Below are positions 43,301-55,300 of a DNA stretch of 64,000 nucleotides, piece after piece. Origin of the DNA: Bugula neritina (taxonomy: Eukaryota > Animalia > Bryozoa); the NCBI GenBank assembly GCA_964035545.1, contig OZ037767.1:7084707-7148706 (forward strand), in the 5' to 3' direction. The position numbers and the translations under genes were made by a program. The notes under the pieces are model-generated. The model saw only the letters and a list, made by a program, of their open reading frames with translations, ran no database searches and had not been told where the DNA came from. How positions within the stretch are numbered: position 1 is the stretch's first letter; each line of letters starts with the position of its first letter.

Positions 43301-46300
43301 GCTTTCAGTTTTGGGTTTGAAAAAATCATTCAAGAGAAAACAACTACCAAGTTATTAGATAGACTGGAAACTACATGGGAATACTACACACCTACAACTT
43401 TACATGTAGAGAGAGTGTTGCTTCTGCTTGTTCTTATCATCAATTTAGAGTAGAACATGAAATATCACTAGAGGTCACTAGCTGTACTTACGGTGGAGTG
43501 ACAGCCATGTCTGTCCGGGTAATCCAAGTGTTCAAATGCCTCTTCTAGAATATTCTGACATCCTAGCCATAGATCTCCAAACTCATCCATCTTTACGTTA
43601 TCCAGACTCCCAATAAGAATTGGAATACTCTACCAATAATATAATCATAGACATCAGTAACTTAGTACTCTATCAATAATATAACCATAGACATCAGTAA
43701 CCTAATACTCTATCAATAATATAACCATAGACATGATTTTCTGCTATAAGAGTTATAAAATATGCTACGCAGAGGCCAATGTTTGGAAAATAATAGCATA
43801 GACTATCCTACACTGAAATAGATCAGCTTAGGTTGTTGTATCATAAATCAATGTTGCCATGATGCCAAAGGGAGAAAGTTCTCATGGTTGGCATTACAAT
43901 GCGAATAAACTTTTCATTTGCTGTAACCCCTATGGGAATCCACTCGATGTATGAAAACGTAGTGATTGACTAAACAATCGTTGAATTAATATTTTGAGCT
44001 CAATGTAAGTTCAGTGGTGCTTCAGTCAGTAATTTTCTCACTACAGCTAACAAGTGATAGGTTTAAAAACGCCAAAAAAAACTTCCTAAAATACGAGGCT
44101 GTTTACCTTGTAATATTGAAGAGTGTTGTCACTTCTCTTAGTAAACACCTTAACAGCTCCTTTTGTGTTAACATAAGCAAATCTAAAAGATAAATAATTC
44201 AAATCATAAGAAGGAGAAATAAATACATACATTATATAAATCAAAATTATGACACAATGTAATTTAAAATAATTCGTACTAAATATATATATCTGCCTAA
44301 AACATATTCCACATCTTCAAGTCAAACTGTAAGCAAACAAGTATATCTTCACATAATTGTATCCAACACACACCTGTCATCACCTGTCACACCATTGGGA
44401 AGCAGAAGACCATCTGCAGCTACCATATACTTGTTGTCATTTACATAAAGTACGTTTGAAGTTTTATATCCAAACAGAAGGAGCTCTATTGTAGTGGAGA
44501 GTCTGTCTCTAAACCTTGCTTGTAGCAAGTTAGTGAGATAGAAGCTGTCTTCCCCAGTCAGATAGACACTGTTGATACTATAAATAAATAAGTCTAATGT
44601 AGATTTCAAAAAGATGGGCTAAAGAGTCACATTGATATCTCTATGTAAACATTTTCATTTTCTTATCACAAGGTTTTACTTTCTGCCTTTGTTGATAAGT
44701 TGGACAATAAATTGCTCAACAACTAATAGATATTAGAACAAACTTATATGTAAAAAACAGAGCCACCAATAACTATAATTCTAAACTCTAAAGCATTATT
44801 TTTTACAACAGCTAAAGTCACTATGGCTCACATACTAAAGCATAAATTATATTTAAAAACACAGAAAATAAATATATTGTGATTGATGTTAAATTGATAC
44901 CTAATATGTATTCATAATGATAAAGATAACTTTAGCAGATGTATATATTTGCAATGTCAAATTGATATTTAAACATTCTAAACAGTGAGAATCATTTTAG
45001 TCACATCTTTTTCTTAAAACCTACATTCAACTTCACGAGGATGAAAAACATATTTATAACAGATATGATAAATCAGTGAAAGTATTGCAGTATAAAAATT
45101 ACGTATAGAAATTAAAGAATGCTGTAGAAGATGACGCCATTACATACGTACAATATAGTAGAATGTAGATCAAACATTTTTACCCGAACACTTAAAAGTT
45201 ACCACTAGTTATGGTCTAGTATTCACTTACATTTCAGATTACAGTGCATGGCTACAGTTCAGCCATAGTAGTGGCTTTAAAATAGGAAAACTAAGAGAAT
45301 AAAGCAACTAGAAGCATATTGTAATCCTAGGTGTGACTACTGTTAGCCAATTCAGTCTCTGAAGATGGTTTAATAGCAGCATATGTGATGTAACAAAAAA
45401 AAACTCACACAAGTTTATAATCGCTATCCCTGTGAGAAACCCCTGATGGAAAAAGTTTTTTGTTAAATTGGGCCAAGGACTTATTCAGATGGGGCACAGA
45501 AGCAATTATGACTGGATGCTCTTCCTAACATCATCAATGGCCTTTGCCCGGGCTCGACCGATGACCTCATGTTTACTAGGCAAACTATCTAACCCCTAGA
45601 CCACGGTTGCTCTCTAGCATATGTGTGGTAACAAAAATATAACGAAAATGGAAATGATAATCTAAGAACCTCTACTATAGTATAACAGAAACTCATACTT
45701 TTTCATATGTTCATAGTCCTGGTAGAGCTTTGTAAGGGTTAGAGAACTTTTACCATCATAAAGAAATCTCCCAACAGCCTCCGGCATATGAAAGACAATG
45801 AAGACTGAAACTGAGTCTAAAATAAAGAAATTGATCAGCAATCACTAAGAAAAAACTGAAATAGAAATGTTCTATATTTGAAATACAAATAATATTAAAA
45901 CAAAGTGCCCAGTAAAATGATTTAATAAATCTACTAACTATTCTTGTGCACCCAGTGGCTAAGTCCATGTGGCTCAAAATTCCTGTCTGAAGGCCAACCA
46001 ACAATATTTAACTTTTCCACAGATTTAAAACTTTTTTTAGTGTCCATCATGTAGATTGCTCCCTTCACTAAATTTGTTGAGTAATCGAAACCTTTACTGA
46101 AACCTTTGAGACCCTAAAATACAAATACAAATAGTAGCTGTATGCCATGGAACTTTCTACAAACTTGGTATACATGTTGTCAAAATAGTAATCCCTACCA
46201 CACATTTATTTAGCGTTAAATTAGTCACATAAATCTTGGCTATCGGGCAAATACAACTTCAGAACAATAAGCTCAATTATACTGGTATTATAATTAACTT

Positions 46301-49300
46301 GTTGCATGCAAAGCTCATAGACTGACAAAGTTTCTGTTTGGCCCTCAGCACTACAGAACTGATGCCAAGTATTGCTGACTTTCATTTACTGCTGAAAAAT
46401 TTTATGAAAACATTGCTAACGAAAACAGTTTAAAAAAAATATAAATGAAAAGTTGGAAACTTTATATTATATTATGTTTTAACACACTTACAGATGTTAC
46501 CAGTAGTTTTCCTGACGGTAGTAATGTCATATCTTCTGACCCTGCAGTCGCTACAACCAGTAGAAACTTACAGGAATGATATTACGTAAGTAGTAAAACG
46601 TTTCTAAAGTGTCACATTCATATAAGATAAATAAATGCATAAAATTATTTATGAAGACACATTATCACACTCAAGATATATGCAATATATTTACATGAGT
46701 GCTTGTAAAATCTCTCCATACTTATTAAAATAGAAGAAAGAAATTTCTTGGGATAGAAAAAGCAAGCTTATCTAACAAATAAATGAACTTACTAAATCCT
46801 TCAACAACTTGGCACTCTCCAGGATAATGCTTCATGATTTCATTGCCATAGCCCTTCATTATGTAACTTCAACAAAATGTTAATACATACTTACTAAAAT
46901 TAAAAATGACTGGGTACATAGCTAGAAAAATATTACAGGAAATAAAAAACTTTATATTTCTGAAAGTTCTTTGTTTTAGATTTTAAAGCTATAAATAATG
47001 TGGTGGCTCGTGGAGCTACCAGCAACACAATACGCAAGGTTGCGTATTGACCCGGAACAATGTGTTAGCCAATTAGCTAGGCTGTTTTATAAGTACTAGT
47101 AGCCGCTTCGCGCTACTAGCTCAGTTGAGGATAGTGCTGTAAATTAAATAGACGTGCGTATCATTACTGTTGTTTTCTACTCTGACAATTTTTTTCCCAC
47201 TCACTCTATCAATACACGTCAATCATTCATAAATCTCCCCCTTCCTCACTCTCAAACAGCAGCAGGTCACAGAAGAAACTGTTATCAGGAGGTGGCACTA
47301 TGGAATGAACTGCCAATCCCTTTACGGTCAATTAGCAACCCTAATGAATTTGGGAGGAAGTTGAGGCTTTATCTGTTAGAATAGTTGTATTTTTTTTTTT
47401 TTGTATTTTTCTGGATAGAGTCGCTGTCAGCTCGTGTTGGCCCGCGCATGACTAGCTAGGCTATAGCGCAATGGGCCTCATCATCGCCTCCTTGGCATTT
47501 TCTAATGTCCTTGTGTTATTAAATACCTTTGATGAAATAAACCAAACAAACAAACAAACAAACATTAGATTTTATTATGTATTCTTGTATTAAAATATAA
47601 CGATATCTACTCGACTTAACTCGGTGAAGTTTCTCTAGTGATAAATAGACTCTCTTGGTGACACATCAACCCTAAATCTGAAAATCATAACAGTGGTGGC
47701 AGCGGTGGGATAGTGTATATCAAAGATGGAGACTGAAAATGCTAGAATGCAACCACCCCCAGTAGAAGGTGAGCGTAGAAATGCTGTTAATCCTGTGAAT
47801 CGTGAAGGAGAAGAAGCTTATAGACATTGCTTGAAAGCTCCCACCTTTACTGGGTCGGAAGATGTCGAACAATTTATACAGGAATTTAGAGAGGTAATGG
47901 AAGTTGCTCAATGGCCGCATAGAGTGGCCCTTATTCAATTGCGGAGAGCGGTGACGGAGCAAGCCAAGCCGTACGGAGTGGGAACGGACGTAGACGGGAT
48001 ACTGGCTGCGCTGCGGGCCCGTTTTGGCACCTCCGTAATAGACGCTAGGACCAAGCTAGAGAGATTGTGCCGCACCCCGCGGACCTCGCTGCAAGAACAT
48101 GCCGCGACGGTGAAGAAGCTGGCGCAGATTGCATATAGCGATCTGCCAGCACAACACCAAGAGCGTTACACCTATGACGCCTTTGTCCAGTCACTAAACG
48201 ACCTGGGCCTAGACCATCACCTACGAGCTAAAAGGATAACCAGAATAGAGGATGCCCTGAAGGCTGGAGAAGCTTACCTGTTGGCTACCCAAATGCATCG
48301 AGCACAAAGGAACCCACCAGTAGTTGGAGTCAGCGCTGCCAGGGCTACGACAGGCTCCGAAGCCCTCCCGCTGGAAGCCGAAGTGGACCGTATGGTAGAG
48401 ATGCTGGGACAACTGGTAACCATTCTGGCCGGTGCTGGCCCCGGTCAGGCCCTGCGGGTGCCCCCAACACCTGTGGGGCAGGGCTGGAGTAGCGCTGATC
48501 AGGACCAGGGACAGAAAGGACGACCCCAATACCAGGGGGCGTTAAACTGTCACGGCCCGCGGACACTCTCCCTCCCCGCGGGCCGCAACTAAAGGAGTAT
48601 GGTGGAACACGCCGTCGTCTGTTCGTACGGACACGGCGGAACATTCCACCCGAGTGGCAGGTACCACGCAGGACTAGTAGGCCCGCACAACGGCCCAGTA
48701 CCTTCTCCCTGCCACTCGCTAACCGGTTTCACCGGTTACCTCGGGAAGAGGAGCCCGCCACTGAAATGGAGCCAGAAGGCCCAGTGGAGAGCCCCAAACC
48801 CCGCCGGCACCAACCTCGCCGCCGGAAGCCCCGTAAATCACGGGTGAAACCCCCGCCGTCCTGTCAATCCAGGACAGCACATGCGGGGGGGGGTGAAAGT
48901 ACAACCACATGGAGAGAGCTATTTCCTACCCGGAAAGGTGGCTGGCAACGCCGTCACTTTCCTGCTCGACTCCGGTTGTACTACCAACCTTCTCAGTCGT
49001 AGAGTCTTTGAGGCACTGCCCCGCCGGGACAGGGATAGAGTACGACCGTATACTGGAGAACATGGCACCCTGGCAGACGGGTCATGTATCCCCTTTTATG
49101 GTATTATCGAGCTCCCTGGGCGTGTCCGAGATCAGGCTGTACAGGAGACCTTTATCATAGGTCAACTGGAAGAAGATGCTATCCTCGGAATGCCCTTCTT
49201 GAAGCAACACCAGTGCCGAATAGATTTTAGTAAGTCGGTGGTGCTGATGGGCGGGCGAGAACTCGCCTGTGTGGATAAGTTTGGGCGTCCTCTGGTGGGC

Positions 49301-52300
49301 GGTGTTCAGGTAGTTCGAAACTGCACCGTACCCGGACGCTCCAGAGCTACTATCCACTGCCGAGTGAACAGCAACCGGATAGCCAGGCTCGGGGTCGTTG
49401 AAAGCGCGCACGAAAGGATCCAACTCGCCAGTAGTTTAAACCGACTAACTGAGCGAGGGGAGGTCTTAGTGCAGTGCGTCAACCCCTTTACCGAGCCCAT
49501 TGAGCTCCCAGCTGGGTCAATGCTGGGCCGGTTCCATTCCGTCCAGGAAGAGGACGTGGGCCCGTCGCTGGGTGACGCGACGGAGGCACCCCCTCGACAC
49601 CCTATTCAGGGACGAGGGGCAGTCCCAACACATCTCCGGGAGTTATACGAAACAGCCAGTGGCGGCTGCGCGAGTAACAGAGAACGCCAAGCTATGGCTA
49701 AGTTACTACGCGACTACGGTGATGTGTTCAGCAGCGGAGAGCATGACGTGGGACTGACTGGAATTGTCAGACACGAAATACCGCTGACTGCAGGGACAGT
49801 CCCTGTCCGGCAGCCCACGCGCAGGCTGGGGCCAGAGAAAGAGAAGGAGGTTAGCCGACAAGTACGGGATCTTCTGGACCGGGGACTGATAGAGCCCGCC
49901 CATAGTGCGTGGAGCTCGCCAGTCGTACTGGTCCGGAAGAAAGACGGCAGTTGGCGGTTCTGTGTGGACTACCGCAAACTCAATAGCGTAACCATACAGG
50001 ACGCCTACCCTCTACCTCGTATTGACGAGTCATTGGATGCCCTAGCCGGCAGCAAGTACTTCAGTACGTTAGACTTGCTAAGCGGCTATTGGCAGGTTCC
50101 TCTGAGTCCCGACGCCCAAGAGAAAGCGGCGTTTATCACACGGGACGGTTTGTGGAAGTGGAAGGTGCTGCCCTTCGGGTTAACCTCCGCCCCAGCCACC
50201 TTCCAGAGGCTGATGGAACAAGTCCTTAGCGGACTCCATTGGAAGACACTGCTGGTCTACCTCGATGATGTCATCGTAATCTCTCCAGACTTCGAGACAC
50301 ATGTCAGTCGTCTGCAGGAGGTTTTCGAGAGACTCCGAGGTGCCGGTCTCAAGCTCAAACCTTCCAAGTGCGCTCTATTGCAGCCGGAGGTCAAGTACCT
50401 GGGGCACGTTGTCGGTCGAAACGGCGTGGCAACGGATCCCGAAAAGGTACGGGCGGTAGAAGACTGGGTCACCCCCCAAGACTTGACCGGGCTCCGGGCT
50501 TTCTTGGGGCTGGTAGGGTATTACAGGCAATACATACCAGACTTTGCGGGCATAGCCCAGCCGTTAAACCGGCTCACAGCAAAGGGAGTGACGTGGCAGT
50601 GGACCCCAGTCGAACAAGAAGCGTTCGACCGCCTCAAGGGTTGCCTACTAACGGCGCCCATCTTGGCCTACCCAGACCCCACTCTGGAGTACATCCTCGA
50701 CACGGACGCCAGTGACCAAAATGTTGGCGCTGTGCTGTCACAAGTGCAGGAAGGCCGAGAGGTAGTAGTAGCCTACTACAGCAAGTCTCTCTCACCCGCT
50801 GAACGAAATTACTGCACTACCCGCAAGGAGCTGTTGGCAGTAATCAAGTCAGTGAAGCACTTCAGACCATACCTATACGGCAGGAAGTTCCGGCTGCGTA
50901 CGGATCATGCCTCGCTGATCTGGTTGTGCAAGAGAGCAGAGCCCTCTAGTCAGGTCGCCCGGTGGCTCGAAATCCTAGCTGAATTCTCATACCGGATCGA
51001 ACATCGACCGGGCAAGAGACACAGCAATGCGGATGGGTTGAGTCGCCGACCTGACGGAGGTTGCAAACAGTGTCTCAACATCGAGAGGAGGGATGGAGGT
51101 CCCCCGCGATGCGAGTTGGAGACGCTGGCTCACCACGGAGCACCGTTTGACTGGGATCAAGGTCAACTCAGGCAAAGGGTTGATGAATCCCCGGAGGATG
51201 TACAAAACCTCCGCGCCAACCCTGTACTGGCCGGTAATGTTCGAGAGCTGAAAAAGCTCCAAGAAGAGCTGCCTGGAGTAGTGGCAGACATATACCGGGC
51301 CAAAAGGGAAGGGCGACGACCCAGCGAGGAACGCATACGACAAGGTTGCGCCGAATTCCGGCTATACTGTCAGCGTTGGGACTCGCTGCGGATCGGGCAG
51401 GATGGGTTGCTAACCATCTCTCTAGCTGCCAGCGGCAGACACCCGGAAAGGAAGAGGGTAGTCTGCCCCACAGCCATCCGCCGTGAGTTGATTTGGGATA
51501 CTCACAAACAGGCCCACGCAGGGGTCAAGCGAGTGATATCCAAATTACGACTCCGGTGGTATTGGCCGCGGCTATATGCTGGTAGGCCCTGGCAAGTAGT
51601 CGCTGTAGACCTGGTCGGACCCATGCCCCTGACCCCCAGAGGCAATAATTGGATCCTAGTACTAACCGACCACTTTACTAGGTGGGCGGATGCTCTGGCT
51701 ATCCCAGATGCATCAGCCCCAACAGTGGCCAGGGCACTAGACCAACATGTATTCTGTTATTTTGGGCTTCCCGAACAGATACACTCTGATCAAGGCGCTC
51801 AATTCCAGTCTCAACTGATGAGCGACCTTTGCCGCCTCTGGGGAGTAAATCAGAGCAGGACCACCCCCTACCACCCTCAAGGTAACGGGGTGGTGGAGCG
51901 CAACAACCGGATGCTAGGTGATGCACTCCGGAGTCTCCTCCTTGGACGAGGTCAAGAGGAATGGGATACGGTGTTGCCGCAAGTCATGCGTGCATACCGT
52001 AGCACCCCACACACCAGTACTGGTGAGACCCCAAACCTCTTGATGCTCGGGAGAGAGACTCGTGTCCCTGACCATCTCACCTATCACGTTCCAGAGCAAG
52101 ACAACTCGGTTCACGAGTATGCCAGTGAACTAGTGGAACGGATGAAGGCCGCACACGATATACTGCGTCAACAGCAGTGGAAGGTGCGGCACGAAGATTC
52201 CGATGAACCACCTCTCTATCAAACGGGAGATAAGGTGTGGATGGTCAATTACCGTAGGCGTCGCGGACAGGCTGATAAACTGAAGCCTAAGTTCGTAGGG

Positions 52301-55300
52301 CCCTACGTGGTCGTCGTGGCTATGCCCAATCATACGTACAAGATTGAGCGCTCAGGACAGGTGTCTATCCAGAATGAGTCTCGCTTGAAACCGTATTGGG
52401 CTAGCCCTGACGGAGTGGGAGAAGCCCCCCCCGTTGTTAGAGCCCAGGAGGCAGACAACGACGCGCGGGCGACGGCGGCATGGACCTGAATACGAAGTGG
52501 TCATACCGCGGGAGGAAAACTTGGTGAGAGAGGAGCGGCAGCTTTTGTCAACAGAAGCGTGTCCGCCACCGCCAAGTCTAATTCCATCACTTCCAGAAAC
52601 CGAGCCGGTTCCGGAAGTGCAAACCCCCACGGAGGGAGGGGCTCCATCCGGAGAACAAGAAGAGGTGACCGCTAACGGTGAAGTAGAGACGCCATTAGAG
52701 GCCCCTACTAACGAACCGGCAAGCGTGTCACCCCCCCTAGAAAGGGGACAGCGTACGAGGAAACCCCCACCGTATTTGAAAGACTTCGTATGTGACTGCG
52801 TTAGAAGCGGCGCACATGAAAGTCTAGGGGAAAACCGTACGATAAAATGTTGGAGTTGTGAACCCCACGCAAATATCAACTTTTGCGAGGGCGGAATAGT
52901 GGGAGGAATTAATGCGCGTAAAGCAAATAGTTCCGACCTCGTGCCTCAGAAACGATGCTCAGCCTTTTCTTATGCTGACATCGCCAAAGGCAGACGTATC
53001 TCACAACCAGCTCCAACCTTACCAAGAACGTTGAGTATGGACATTAATACCGAGTTCCCAGGTAAGCCAGTATAAGTCTTGTATTCCTATTCATGGAAAC
53101 GGGCTCGATGCCAGTAAATTCTGAACTAATTCAGCAGATTGAGTCAGAATTACTGGGAACCACGTTTCATGTGAATGACGATGAAGACACTGTAATGGCC
53201 GACGGTCTGTTAGACCTGGAGCTAGACACTGTTCTTGGTCAGTCCACACATGATTCATCAGTTCCTCGAGTGCATTCCAAAAGCTGTGACTCTCAGGCTA
53301 GCAACGGTCGACAGTCACTAGAATTATGTTGTAAAGATCCACCGCGATCTAACAATAATTCTACTTTTGTAGACACACTCGCGCCCGTCTCTCCGGGCAT
53401 GCCTTCTCTAGAGATGGCGTGGGACCCAGAGCCGGCCCCAACAACTTCTACAACCAGGCAACTGCCACCCCAGTTGGAAGCAACCTCCAACTGGATTACC
53501 CCTGCCACAGAGAGAGAAATCAGGACCCATCAAGGAGGTGAGAGTAATCGTGAATGCAACCTCTGCCAGCAGCGATTCACAACCCACCGCAGACTAAAAG
53601 TACACTTGCCGCAGCACTACATCACCACTTTCTGCCCTTGCGGAGAATATAGCTACAATCGTGATTACCTATTGCGGCACCAACGTACTATGCAGTGTTA
53701 TCAAGGGCATGTCTATGAAGTAGACGAATCATCCTATCCTGCCTTTCTCAACGCCATCAAACCACTCATCACTGACTCAGCTCGGCTCGGCTCGGCTCGG
53801 CCCTGGAGCAAGGCTTCCCTTCCCCGCGACCCATCATCTCTGGAGCCGCAGATAAACCTACACAGTCTACTAACTCTCCACCTCACAGTCCTCTACGCAT
53901 GCCGCATACCTTTCCTCGTGTCGTACTACAGAGGGTAGACACAAATGCGTATACACTCCCTCCTCCCCTTCCATCCTCAGAGCGGAAAAGACACAGACAG
54001 CCGACTTCCTCTCGCTCGTCCCCCTGGGCCCGCAACCTACGTGAAGTAGAAGCTAGGGCACACGACTTGGAGCAAGAAGTGTACAGATTGGCCCCACGGG
54101 TGCAGGCTGCATCCAGTGAACTCAAATATTTACAGGAGTCTATTAAACGCATGAAGCGTGCGGCCCGCAGTTAACTTGAGTCTTCCTACAATTCCATACT
54201 ACTCTTCCCCTACCTCTCTGTGGCATTCCCTACTGTAATGGTGGCACGTACTCTACATGTAGATAGGACCTTCTCTTACTTATTACTTATTGTGCACGTT
54301 ATATATACCTGTATATTTTATCAGTTGTTGTTTTTTTTTTGTATATACTTTTATACTGTTCTCTTACCCCCCCACAACGAAGTATACGTTTTTATGCGAA
54401 TTTTATTTTATCAGAAAGTGGGCTTTCTGCTGGAGGGGGCAGTGTGGTGGCTCGTGGAGCTACCAGCAACACAATACGCAAGGTTGCGTATTGACCCGGA
54501 ACAATGTGTTAGCCAATTAGCTAGGCTGTTTTATAAGTACTAGTAGCCGCTTCGCGCTACTAGCTCAGTTGAGGATAGTGCTGTAAATTAAATAGACGTG
54601 CGTATCATTACTGTTGTACATTAGATTTTATTATGTATTCTTGTATTAAAATATAACGATATCTACTCGACTTAACTCGGTGAAGTTTCTCTAGTGATAA
54701 ATAGACTCTCTTGGTGACACATCAACCCTAAATCTGAAAATCATAACAATAATATGACTTTAGACTTTAGAGCTATAAATAATTTGAAAGCAAACTCTAC
54801 AATCATAACAGTAATTTCAGGTATGAGTTAGAGAGAAAAATTAGTGCTAAGGTTTGGTTGAGATAATTTTATATCAAACATGCTAGTTACTTCTGATTTC
54901 TAAACGATTGATTCAGTTAAATACCTGAGCCAGGTTAAGTTACATTAACTTCATAACTTGTAAAGATATTAATTTCCAACTTGTGCACTAGCACTCTTAA
55001 GTAGTTAACTAATTACCCACACCAAGACAGTCTTCATGCCTGTAAATGAGAGATGATAGTTGTTATATCTGGATTTATAAGTATTATAAATATGTGTAGT
55101 TGTCATCTCTTGCTGTTGCATGTGTGTGGGGTGCACAACTCTAAGTTTGACATTAATATTACTTATAGCGTGGGTGTGGCTTGTGTGAGTGTGATAGCTA
55201 TATAACCTAGTGCAAATGGGAGAATGGAGAGACTTGAGACTGATTGAGGAACAATTGAGAATATTTATATAGAATGTATGCAACCTAATTAGAATGTGTT

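Larger units (their letters stand above)
46999..54748 (+). mobile_element. Gypsy/Ty3 LTR retrotransposon with an extra 3' ORF
   Basis: LTRs 46999..47692 (contains a 388-bp insertion) and 54443..54748 (306 bp), otherwise identical by eye; 4-bp TSD ATAA; PBS TGGTGGCAGCGGTGGGAT 47694-47711 (tRNA-Leu-type); PPT ggagggggcag. Confidence 0.97.

Noticed and set aside
48885-48893. G9 run (and C8 run at 52425-52432) as programmed frameshift sites
   Set aside because: Each is fixed by deleting one base of a homopolymer; slippage mutation or sequencing error is more likely.
53093-54174. env gene
   Set aside because: No signal peptide, furin site/fusion peptide or TM segment.
55005-55283. Duplicated minus-strand ORF (also 60639..60899)
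   Set aside because: Simply the two LTR copies; no protein features.
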